Source: Planctomycetota bacterium
Lineage (GTDB): Bacteria; Planctomycetota; MHYJ01; WSZJ01
Length of the DNA: 64,000 nucleotides
Assembly (NCBI GenBank): GCA_038060895.1
Contig: JBBTCT010000026.1
Location: 1 to 64,000, forward strand
Reading direction: 5' to 3'
The notes under the pieces are model-generated. The model did no database searches. It was not told the DNA's origin and saw only the letters and a list, made by a program, of their open reading frames with translations. Positions 1-8,078 of the stretch are shown here, in pieces (the first letter of the stretch is position 1; each line of letters begins with the position of its first letter). Position numbers and translations under genes: made by a program.

Positions 1-28
1 CCCGCCTTCACCCCATCCCCTGCCGTTT

Positions 29-715
29 TCAACTCTTCGTCCCCAGCACCTCCTCCCTGTCCACCTTCCCGTCCTTCAAGTGCACAATCCTCCCCGCATG
101 CTCCGCCACTCCCCTGTCGTGGGTCACCATCACGATCGTCGCCCCTTCCGCATGAATGCGATCGAACACCTTCATGATCTCAGCGCCGACCCTCGAGTCG
201 AGATTTCCAGTCGGCTCGTCCGCCAGAAGCAGCTTCGGCCGGTTCACGAGCGCGCGCGCGATCGCCACACGCTGCTTCTCGCCGCCGGACAACTCGCTCG
301 GCCGGTGCGAGGCGCGCGGCACCAGCTCGACCTTTGCCAGCGCTTCATCCGCCCGCATCCGCCGCTCTCCGGCCGGGACGCCGGCGTAGACCAGCGGCAG
401 CTCCACGTTGGACCTCGCCGTGAATCTCGGAAGCAGGTGAAAGGCCTGGAATACAAAGCCGATGCGCTCGGAGCGCACCTGGGCGAGCTGGTCTTCGGAC
501 AGGTCCGAGACGCGCTTGCCGTCGAGCATGTACTCGCCTGACGTCGGCGTATCGAGGCAACCCAGAAGCGCCATGAGCGTGGACTTGCCGGAACCGGAAG
601 GGCCCATGACGGCTATGAACTCGCCGTCGGAAACGGAGAGAGTCGCGGCGTCGAGGGCGCGGACTTCGGAAGCGCCGGTGTCGTAGGTTTTGGTGAGTGA
701 GCGCGCGTCGATCAT
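29..715 (-). CDS. ABC transporter ATP-binding protein (LolD/MacB-type)
   Basis: Walker A GPSGSGKST, signature LSGGEKQRVAIARAL, Walker B LLLADEPTGNLD, H-loop VTHD; start trimmed to MIDARS (ATG at 715). Confidence 0.93.
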   Translation of the reverse strand: MIDARSLTKTYDTGASEVRALDAATLSVSDGEFIAVMGPSGSGKSTLMALLGCLDTPTSGEYMLDGKRVSDLSEDQLAQVRSERIGFVFQAFHLLPRFTARSNVELPLVYAGVPAGERRMRADEALAKVELVPRASHRPSELSGGEKQRVAIARALVNRPKLLLADEPTGNLDSRVGAEIMKVFDRIHAEGATIVMVTHDRGVAEHAGRIVHLKDGKVDREEVLGTKS

Positions 716-739
716 GGGGGGGCGTTTGGGGTCCGGTGG

Positions 740-837
740 GTGAAAACGGCCAGGACAAATCCCAACTCCAACCCCAACCCCAAGTTTCAAAATTGGGGTT
801 GGAGTTGGGATTTGGGATTTGTCCTGGACCTTTTCAC
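740..837. repeat. Intergenic imperfect inverted repeat built from CCCAAC/GTTGGG-type hexamers
   Basis: GTGAAAACGGCCAGGACAAATCCCAACTCCAACCCCAA pairs with TTGGGGTTGGAGTTGGGATTTGGGATTTGTCCTGGACCTTTTCAC; one arm overlaps the stop codon of the adaptor gene. Confidence 0.8.
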
Positions 838-1964
838 TCCGTCTCCGTCACCGCCACCTCCCTTCCGTCAAGCTCACCCTGGTAATCCAGGTCCAGCAGC
901 GACACCACCACCATCCCTTCCTTCAGGTCCAGCACCTCCGTCGTTTCCCAGTTCGACACTCCCGTCCTGACTTCTCTCTTCCGCGCGATGCCGTTCTCGA
1001 CCACGTAGACGAGCCTCCCGTCGCGCAGGCACCTCGTCGGCACGAAGGTCGTCTCCGGCACCCGCTTGCACAGGATCACGACGTCCGCGGACAATCCCGG
1101 GGACAACTTTCCCGCCGCCGGGATCGCGACCGTGACCTTCACGGTCCGGTTCTTCTCCCTCGTCGCGGTGACTTTCGGTGCAATTTTCGACACCACGCCG
1201 GTCACCGGCTCGCTTGGGAACGCGTCGAACGACAGCCGCGCTTCCATTTCCAGCGCGATCCTCCCGAAATCCGTCTCGTCGAAGGGCGCTTCGATTTCGA
1301 GCCGGTGGCTCGTCTGCAGCTCGCAGATCACGCTCGTCGGCGCGACCGTCTCCCCCGCCTCGACGAGCATCTCCGTGATGCGCCCGTCGAACGGCGCGCG
1401 GATCGTCATCTTGTCGATTTCGACGCCGATCTCGGCGACGCGAGCTTTCGCCTCGGCCAGAAGAGCTTCCGCACTCGCGCACTTTGCCGTCGCATCATCC
1501 CGCCGCCACTCCGCCTCGCGGAACTGCTGCTCGCTCACCAGCGGCGTGTCGCCCTGCCGTTCACCCTTCCACATCTTCTCGACCCGGCGGAATTCGCTCG
1601 CCGCGTACTTCTCCCAGGTCCGCGCCGTTCCGAGCGCCGCCTCCTGCACCTTGACCGTCTCTTCGGCCGAGTCCTGCCGCGCCCGGAGCACCTCGGAATC
1701 GAGCTCGACGACGGGCTCTCCGGCCGCAATCCTGTCCCCCTCGGGATGCACGATCTTCGACACGCGCCCTGTCCCTTCGGGCCGCAGTCGCGCTTCCTGC
1801 GCCGCCGCCACCGTCCCGGCCGAAGTGGCCGTAACGGTCATTTCCACGGCGCCCCGCTTCACGCGCACCGCCTTGACCGGGTGCGGCCGCGGCGCGAAGC
1901 GCCACCAGGCGAGGGGAATGGCGGCGGCGGCGAGGAGGGCGGAGAACAGGAGGAGTTTTTTCAT
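834..1964 (-). CDS. Efflux transporter periplasmic adaptor subunit (MacA/HlyD family)
   Basis: N-terminal hydrophobic anchor MKKLLLF..., lipoyl-like halves flanking a coiled coil, IRAPFDGRI motif, C-terminal REVRTGVSN; upstream of the ABC ATPase. Confidence 0.9.
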   Translation of the reverse strand: MKKLLLFSALLAAAAIPLAWWRFAPRPHPVKAVRVKRGAVEMTVTATSAGTVAAAQEARLRPEGTGRVSKIVHPEGDRIAAGEPVVELDSEVLRARQDSAEETVKVQEAALGTARTWEKYAASEFRRVEKMWKGERQGDTPLVSEQQFREAEWRRDDATAKCASAEALLAEAKARVAEIGVEIDKMTIRAPFDGRITEMLVEAGETVAPTSVICELQTSHRLEIEAPFDETDFGRIALEMEARLSFDAFPSEPVTGVVSKIAPKVTATREKNRTVKVTVAIPAAGKLSPGLSADVVILCKRVPETTFVPTRCLRDGRLVYVVENGIARKREVRTGVSNWETTEVLDLKEGMVVVSLLDLDYQGELDGREVAVTETE

Positions 1965-2039
1965 GGAGGGCGGTGGAAGATTGTACGGCGAGGCGGCCTT
2001 CCTGTGGGAGGAGGGCTCGAATCTGCGGCGACGCGGGGC

Positions 2040-2071
2040 AAATAAAAACACCCGGCCGCGGGGGCCGGGTG
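2040..2071 (-). terminator. Rho-independent terminator
   Basis: Minus strand CACCCGGCC-5 nt-GGCCGGGTG followed by TTTTTATTT, about 20 nt after the lipoprotein stop. Confidence 0.75.
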
Positions 2072-2090
2072 AGCGATCGTGTCGCGAAGT

Positions 2091-2525
2091 CTAGTCCTCG
2101 ACCTTCGTCGGTCTCAGGTCGAATCGCGTCGTGATGCCGAGCAGCGTTCGGATTCCGTCGTCGATCGTGTAATTCCCTACGTGGACCGTGTCCACGGAGT
2201 CGCGCTTGAACTTGTAGGTGTTCCCCCGCTCGGTGATGTACCCGATCAGGTTGTAGTTGCGGTCCTTGACGAACCACGCGCGGTGGACCTCGACGCCGAC
2301 CGGCTTCAGGTATTCCTCGTCCTCGTAGTTCTGCCCCTTGAGGGCGCCGTCCTGAATCTCGACGAACCCGACGACCTGGTCCTTATCGTTCCACACTGTC
2401 TTGCTTCCGGCGGCCCACCTGGAGTTCTCAGTCGCCGGCTGGACGCAATACTCATCTCTCACCAGGCTCTGCCGACAGCCAACGACGGAGGCGGCGAGCA
2501 GGAAGAGCGGCAGGAGGTTCTTCAT
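2091..2525 (-). CDS. Hypothetical lipoprotein
   Basis: Signal peptide with lipobox VVGC; GC3-rich codons; followed by terminator. Confidence 0.75.
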   Translation of the reverse strand: MKNLLPLFLLAASVVGCRQSLVRDEYCVQPATENSRWAAGSKTVWNDKDQVVGFVEIQDGALKGQNYEDEEYLKPVGVEVHRAWFVKDRNYNLIGYITERGNTYKFKRDSVDTVHVGNYTIDDGIRTLLGITTRFDLRPTKVED

Positions 2526-2664
2526 AGGAAGAAGAGGTTAGCGGGAGGTGGGGGCACGGACAAGCGAAAATCAGGGGGGAAAGCCTGGAGTTCGGGTTCC
2601 GAAGGTGGGGCCCGGCGCTCCGGAACTCTCAACCAGGAACTCCGGCCCCTATACTATCCGCGGA

Positions 2665-3537
2665 ATGTCTCCGCTCCCCATCGCAGTCATCGGCCGCTCA
2701 GGCATGCTTTCGAGGGCCCTTCAGCACGTCTCCGGCGGCAACGTCATCGCCTGGCCGTCTTCGCGCGTGGACGTGCGGACGGAGAAACAGGTTCGGGAAG
2801 CGCTTGCTTCGGACCGGCCCGGCGTCGTGATCAACTGTGCGGCATTTACGGACGTGGACGCGGCCGAAACGCGGCAGGAGGAAGCGTATGCGGTGAACCA
2901 GGCCGGGGCGGCCAACGTCGCGGGGGCGTGCGCGGCCGCGGGCGTCCGGCTCGTGCATGTCTCGACCGACTACGTTTTCGACGGGATGAAGGATCGGCCG
3001 TACGTCGAGAGCGACGCTGCCCGGGCGCTGGGGGTGTATGGGGATTCGAAGCTTAAGGGAGAAGGCGAGGTTTCCGCGCGGTGTGCGAATCACGTGATCG
3101 CGCGGACGGCCTGGCTCTATGGTCCGTGGAGCCGCAGGAACTTCGTGGACACCATGGTGAAGCTGACTGCAGAGCGGCCTGCCGTGGACGTCGTGGCGGA
3201 CGCCTGGGGGTCTCCGACCTACTCCATCGACCTCGCAAGGGCGCTGCTCTTCCTTGCCGCTTCGGACGTGCGCGGCGTCGTGCACGCCGTGAACGCGGGG
3301 CGGACGACGTGGCACGGGCTGGCCTCTAGAATCGTCGAGCTGTCGGGGCGCAGGTGTGAGGTTCGTCCGGTCGGGCAGGCGGCATTTCCGCGCCCGGCGA
3401 GGCGTCCGTCAAACTCGGCGCTCGACGCTGGGCTGCTTGCGGCGGCAGGGCATGTCATGCGGGCGTGGGAGGAAGCGCTGGCGGAGTATCTCCGGGAGTT
3501 CGGAACGAAGCCGCAGTCGGCGCAAGTGCCGCAGTGA
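2665..3537 (+). CDS. rfbD: dTDP-4-dehydrorhamnose reductase
   Basis: VIGRSGML nucleotide-binding start, NCAAFTDVDAAE, HVSTDYVFDG, catalytic YGDSK, ARTAWLYG, GSPTY, PARRP. Confidence 0.93.
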   Translation: MSPLPIAVIGRSGMLSRALQHVSGGNVIAWPSSRVDVRTEKQVREALASDRPGVVINCAAFTDVDAAETRQEEAYAVNQAGAANVAGACAAAGVRLVHVSTDYVFDGMKDRPYVESDAARALGVYGDSKLKGEGEVSARCANHVIARTAWLYGPWSRRNFVDTMVKLTAERPAVDVVADAWGSPTYSIDLARALLFLAASDVRGVVHAVNAGRTTWHGLASRIVELSGRRCEVRPVGQAAFPRPARRPSNSALDAGLLAAAGHVMRAWEEALAEYLREFGTKPQSAQVPQ

Positions 3538-3603
3538 CGTGCAGAGCTGCCGCGGACTGCGCCGAATTCCCCTAGCGACTCCCTTGGCCCGCCGTTAGCA
3601 TTC

Positions 3604-3704
3604 TGAACGCGAGGGCAGAATTCGACCTACGGCTCCTCCGGACGTCGCTCGCTTCGCTCGCTCGGCCCGGCCGAGCCTTCGATCGAGTTCTGCCCTCGCG
3701 TTCA
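3604..3704. repeat. REP-like intergenic hairpin with 22-bp arms
   Basis: TGAACGCGAGGGCAGAATTCGA (3604-3625) and TCGAGTTCTGCCCTCGCGTTCA (3683-3704), one mismatch; internal CGCTCGCTTCGCTCGC. Confidence 0.8.
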
Positions 3705-3749
3705 TCAGGGCCAAGCCGCTTGAGAGTTTGACACCCCGACGGAGCTACC

Positions 3750-4745
3750 ATGCCGACGAAACCTGCCCCGCGCCCGGATTTGGCGCGCATTCACGAAGCG
3801 ATCTCCTCCGAGCTGGAGGAAGTGGAGAGGCGCATCCAGTCGCAGATGGCGACGTATCAGGGGGTCGTCGGGGACCTGATGGGCCATGTCGCTCGCTTCG
3901 CCGGAAAGCGTTTGAGGCCAAGCGTTTGTGTCCTGGCCGGCAAGGCGCTTGGACAGGTGAGCGCCGTTCACTTTGATGTCGCCGTCGTCGCCGAAATGAT
4001 CCATACGGCAACACTCGTTCACGACGACGTCCTCGACAGCGCCGACACCCGCCGCAACCTGCCCTCCGTCAACACGCGGTGGGGAACCGAGGTCTCCGTC
4101 CTCTTCGGCGACTACCTCTTCGCCAAGGCCTTCGCCCTGTGCGCCTCCATCCCGAACCGCGACGTTCTCCTGACGATGGCCGAGACCGCCAAGGTCATGT
4201 GCCTCGGTGAATTGCTGCAGAACGTCCACCGCTTCAATTTCGCCCTCTCCGAGCACGATTACCTCGACATCGTGACGCGGAAGACGGCGCACCTCTTCGG
4301 TTCGTGCGCCGAACTGGGCGCTCTCGCTTCCGGTTGCGACGCGGAAACTCGCGAAGCGATGCGCGAGTTCGGGACGGGGATCGGGATCGCGTTCCAGATC
4401 GTCGATGACCACCTCGATCTGATCGGCGACGAAGTCGAAGTCGGCAAGACGCTCGGGACCGACCTCGACAAGGGCAAGGTTACGCTTCCGCTCATCGGCC
4501 TTTTCGAGCGGCTGGACGACAAGAAGCGGCGCGAGGTGCAGGCGCTGATTTCGGACCCTGCGGCGCGGGACAAGCGGCGGCAGGTGGTGGACCTGATCGA
4601 GGCGAACGGGCTGACGGATTTCGCGCTCGAGCGGGCGGACGAGCACGTTGCTGGCGCGAAGGCGCGACTGGCGTGCCTGCCGAGGAATTCGTATCGGGAA
4701 GCGCTTGAGGCGCTGGCCGACTACGTTGTCGTGCGACGGCGCTAG
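3750..4745 (+). CDS. Polyprenyl diphosphate synthase (IspB/HepT family)
   Basis: GKRLRP, first Asp-rich motif LVHDDVLD...RR, GDYLF, KTA, second motif FQIVDDHLD, GTDLDKGKVTLP. Confidence 0.95.
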   Translation: MPTKPAPRPDLARIHEAISSELEEVERRIQSQMATYQGVVGDLMGHVARFAGKRLRPSVCVLAGKALGQVSAVHFDVAVVAEMIHTATLVHDDVLDSADTRRNLPSVNTRWGTEVSVLFGDYLFAKAFALCASIPNRDVLLTMAETAKVMCLGELLQNVHRFNFALSEHDYLDIVTRKTAHLFGSCAELGALASGCDAETREAMREFGTGIGIAFQIVDDHLDLIGDEVEVGKTLGTDLDKGKVTLPLIGLFERLDDKKRREVQALISDPAARDKRRQVVDLIEANGLTDFALERADEHVAGAKARLACLPRNSYREALEALADYVVVRRR

Positions 4746-4752
4746 AAGCATC

Positions 4753-5862
4753 GTGGCCAACCCGTCGTCGCCGGCGGGGCCGCAGGTCCCCTCCCCCTCC
4801 CCGAAGCAGGACATTTTCGAGCTCGTGTTCAATTTCTTCGCGAGCGTGAAGCTTGGAGTGGGTGTGATGCTGGCTTGCGCGTTATTTTTCGCGCTGACGA
4901 CGGTTTTCTGGCAAGAGCCGGAAGTCATCGTGAAGAACATGGGCTGGGTGAAGACGGCGATTGAAGTCATCCTCGTCTTCCTGACGCTGAATCTGTTCGC
5001 GGTGACGCTGTCGCGCTATCCGTGGACCCGGCTGAAACTCGGGATGCTCGCGACCCACGCGGGGCTGATCGTGACGTTTTGCGGGGCGTTCATCACGACG
5101 GTGAAAGGCCGTGACGGGCTGATCACGCTGGCCGAGGGAGAGGAGACGGACCGCTACTTCAACGGAAGGGATGTCCTGTCGATCCGGAAGATGGGCCCTG
5201 CGAGTCAGCGCCGCCCGGCCGCGTACCAGGATTTCCCGCTGGCGCTCGCCGGCTGGTCGCGCGATCCCGCCCGCAGGATCGAACGCGAGCTTCTGGACGG
5301 GACGGTCGTGCGAGTGGACCGGTATTACGCGAAATTCCGGCTGGAGGGGGAAGTCGCGCACAACGACGCCCCCGGCAGAAGCCCCGCGATCCACCTCACC
5401 TGGCGCGGGGGGAGCAGCGAGACAAACCGCTGGATCCCGCTCGGTGCGACTCGCGAATTGACGCTCAACGGGTCCACGCTCTACTTCAACTACACGCAGA
5501 TCGAAGCCGCCCTTCCCTTCGTGGTCCAGCTCAACGACTTCCGCCTCCGTCACTACGAAGGCTCCGGCGTCCCCTCTTCGATCGAAAGCCTCGTCACCGT
5601 GCGCGAAGCAGGCAAACCGGGATACGAACGGCTGATCTCGGTCAACAACCCGCTCGAGTTTCCGGACAAGACCTGGGGCGTGTGGAAGGTCACCCAGAAT
5701 TCCTACGACCGCGCGACGCAGACGGCATCGACCTTCAGCGTGTCGTACGACCCCGGGCGGCCCGTCGTGTACGCGGGCTTCCTCATCGTGTGCGCCGGCG
5801 TGTTTTTCATGTTCTGGATCCGGCCCTTCCTGGAGAAGCGCGTGGAGCGGGCGCCGGAATGA
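4753..5862 (+). CDS. resB: Cytochrome c biogenesis protein ResB/Ccs1 (system II)
   Basis: Three N-terminal TM helices with conserved His (THAG), periplasmic domain with ISVNNPL, YDPG followed by a C-terminal TM; ATGA overlap with ccsA; GTG start inferred. Confidence 0.82.
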   Translation: MANPSSPAGPQVPSPSPKQDIFELVFNFFASVKLGVGVMLACALFFALTTVFWQEPEVIVKNMGWVKTAIEVILVFLTLNLFAVTLSRYPWTRLKLGMLATHAGLIVTFCGAFITTVKGRDGLITLAEGEETDRYFNGRDVLSIRKMGPASQRRPAAYQDFPLALAGWSRDPARRIERELLDGTVVRVDRYYAKFRLEGEVAHNDAPGRSPAIHLTWRGGSSETNRWIPLGATRELTLNGSTLYFNYTQIEAALPFVVQLNDFRLRHYEGSGVPSSIESLVTVREAGKPGYERLISVNNPLEFPDKTWGVWKVTQNSYDRATQTASTFSVSYDPGRPVVYAGFLIVCAGVFFMFWIRPFLEKRVERAPE

Positions 5863-6665
5863 CCTGGCAGCCCCTCGCAGGGAGTTGCATCGCCTACGCG
5901 CTCGCCTGCGGCGCCTTCGCAATCGGGATCGTTCGAGGGTCGGCGAAGTCGCGCGCGGCGGGATTCGGGCTGATGTGCGCAGGGCTCGCCGTTCACCTGA
6001 CCGGCGCCGGGATGCGAACGTATGCCGCGGAGCGCCCTCCGTGGTCGGACTTGTACGAAACACTGGTCGTGACCTCGCTGATGTGCGCGGTGTTCGGCGC
6101 GTGCTTCGAAGCGGTCTTCAGGAGCGGCTACGCCGCAATCAGCTCCTGCTTCATGGCGGCCCTCGGACTTCTCGGCGCCTCCCTGCTCCCTCTCGATTTC
6201 CGGACGTCCGGCCCGCTGATCCCTGAGCTGCGCTCGCATTGGCTCAAGTACCACGTTCTGTCGATGATCTGCGCCTACGGCGCCTTCTCGCTCGCCTTCG
6301 GCATCTCCGTGCTCCAACTCTGGCTGCACTTCATCCGCAAGGACGACGCGGTCACACGGAAACTGGAAGACCTGAACTACCGCGTCGTCCAGATCGGATT
6401 TTTCTGCCTGACGCTGGGCATCATCCTGGGCGCCGCCTGGGCGGATGCGGCATGGGGCAGGTACTGGGGCTGGGATCCAAAGGAAATCTGGGCCCTGGTC
6501 ACCTGGTTCCTGTACGGCGCCTGCATTCACGGCCGCATGATCGGCTGGTGCCGCGGCCGCCGCGCGGCCGCCGCCTCCATCCTCGGGTACGCCGCCGCCA
6601 TGTTCACGTTCTTCGGCGTCAACTTCCTGCTGGGCGGCCTGCATTCGTACGCGAATCCGACCTAG
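5859..6665 (+). CDS. ccsA: Cytochrome c biogenesis protein CcsA/ResC
   Basis: WWD motif WADAAWGRYWGWDPKE, PELRSHWLKYH, C-terminal GLHSY. Confidence 0.95.
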   Translation: MTWQPLAGSCIAYALACGAFAIGIVRGSAKSRAAGFGLMCAGLAVHLTGAGMRTYAAERPPWSDLYETLVVTSLMCAVFGACFEAVFRSGYAAISSCFMAALGLLGASLLPLDFRTSGPLIPELRSHWLKYHVLSMICAYGAFSLAFGISVLQLWLHFIRKDDAVTRKLEDLNYRVVQIGFFCLTLGIILGAAWADAAWGRYWGWDPKEIWALVTWFLYGACIHGRMIGWCRGRRAAAASILGYAAAMFTFFGVNFLLGGLHSYANPT

Positions 6666-6713
6666 TAAGACGTCAGGTTTGATTGTGGAAGTTCGCTTTT
6701 CCGGGAAATGCCC

Positions 6714-6780
6714 CATGCCTCGTGTCTCGTGCCTGGTGCCTCGCGTGAAAAGTCGCACCAGGAACAAGGCACCGGGCACG
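6714..6780. repeat. Imperfect hairpin of heptamer tandem repeats (CGTGCCT/AGGCACC-type)
   Basis: CATGCCT CGTGTCT CGTGCCT GGTGCCT, then a loop, then GCACC AGGAACA AGGCACC GGGCACG. Confidence 0.65.
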
Positions 6781-6882
6781 CCTTCCTGACCTCCTGGAAC
6801 AGGCTTGACGCTCTACCAGGGCACTTTTCCAGTTCTCCGAATCAACGGCACTTTTCAGTTCAGGTTGTACACTTCCACGAAT

Positions 6883-7206
6883 ATGCCCCTCTACCCCATC
6901 GATAAAGTAGCGCCGGGAATGCGCACCGCCACGCCCGTCGTGGACGCGGGCGGCATGCTCCTGGTCCGCGAAGGCGCCGAAATCACGGCCGAGATTCTGG
7001 AACGCCTCCGGAGCCGCAAGATTCCCGCGGTCGATATTCTCGTCGGCGGTGGCCAGCCCCCTTCCGGGACTCCGCTGTCCGTCACCGACCCCGACGCCGC
7101 CCTGGCCGCGCTCGCGCATGCGTTCGAATCCGTGAACGGAAACCCGGTCATGAAGGCCCTCTACGAAGCGGCCTCCGAGCGGATCCGCGCGGGGAGGCGG
7201 CCGTGA
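6883..7206 (+). CDS. Small hypothetical protein resembling the N-terminal module of HD-GYP proteins
   Basis: IDKVAPGM...VVDAGGMLLVREGAEITAEILERL pattern; GTGA overlap with the HDOD gene. Confidence 0.7.
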   Translation: MPLYPIDKVAPGMRTATPVVDAGGMLLVREGAEITAEILERLRSRKIPAVDILVGGGQPPSGTPLSVTDPDAALAALAHAFESVNGNPVMKALYEAASERIRAGRRP

Positions 7207-8078
7207 CGATTCCCTCTTCTCCCGGCCCGGACCGCCTCCGCCGCGTGGTCGATCGCATCCAGGGACTCCCGACGCTTCCCGCCATGCTCTCCTCGATCAA
7301 CCGCCTCATGGTCAACCCGCGCACGAGCGCCAAGGAAATCGCCCAGCTCATCTCCAGCGACCCTGCAATTACTTCCAAGGTGCTGCGCGTCGTCAATTCC
7401 TCCTTCTACGGCTTCCCGAACCGCATCTCGACCGTCACTCACGCCATCGTCATCCTGGGCTTCAACACCATCCGATCCATCGTCCTCTCGACTTCGATCT
7501 TCGACGCGCTCCGCAAATCCCAGCCCGCCCATGGATTCGACCGCGCGGCGTTCTGGCGCCACTCCATCGGCACCGGCGCCTGCTCCCGCGTTCTCGCGCG
7601 CAAACTCGGATACACCGCGCTCGAAGAATTTTTCATCGCCGGCCTTCTCCACGACGTCGGAAAAATCGCGCTCGATTCGTACCTGCCCGAGGATTTCGCG
7701 AAAGTCGTCGCGAAAGTGAAGGACTCGGACTGCACGATGCTCGTCGCGGAAGAAGCCGTCCTGGGCGTCAACCACGCAGACGTCGGGGGGTGGCTGCTGC
7801 AGAAATGGAGCCTGTCCCAGGGGCTCGTGGACGCGGTCGCGAGGCACCACAGCCCGGCGCTCGCCGGCGAGAATCTCAAACCCGCGGCCATCGTGCACGT
7901 CGGCGACATGCTCGCAAGGGCGCTTCAGATCGGATCCGGCGGCGACCGGCGGATGCCTGTTCTTTCGGAGGAGGCCTGGTCAGCGCTCGGCATCGGCGCG
8001 GACTCATTCCCGGCCCTGCTGGCCGAAGGTTCCGACGAGGCGGAGCGCGCGATGGTCTTCCTGGAATTCGCGCGATAA
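7203..8078 (+). CDS. HDOD domain-containing protein
   Basis: LPTLP, ISSDPAITSKVLRVVNSSFYG, AIVILGF, FWRHS, GLLHDVGK, HADVG, RHH. Confidence 0.93.
   Translation: MTIPSSPGPDRLRRVVDRIQGLPTLPAMLSSINRLMVNPRTSAKEIAQLISSDPAITSKVLRVVNSSFYGFPNRISTVTHAIVILGFNTIRSIVLSTSIFDALRKSQPAHGFDRAAFWRHSIGTGACSRVLARKLGYTALEEFFIAGLLHDVGKIALDSYLPEDFAKVVAKVKDSDCTMLVAEEAVLGVNHADVGGWLLQKWSLSQGLVDAVARHHSPALAGENLKPAAIVHVGDMLARALQIGSGGDRRMPVLSEEAWSALGIGADSFPALLAEGSDEAERAMVFLEFAR

Noticed and set aside
2665-2720. RfbD nucleotide-binding motif GRSGMLS (third Gly replaced) as inactivation
   Set aside because: Catalytic STDYVF and YxxxK are intact; a single substitution is not enough evidence
3594-3710. Hairpin with terminal AAC/GTT as an integron attC site
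   Set aside because: Ends do not fit RYYYAAC/GTTRRRY, the arms lack the unpaired spacer and extrahelical bases, flanks are housekeeping genes, and no integrase is present
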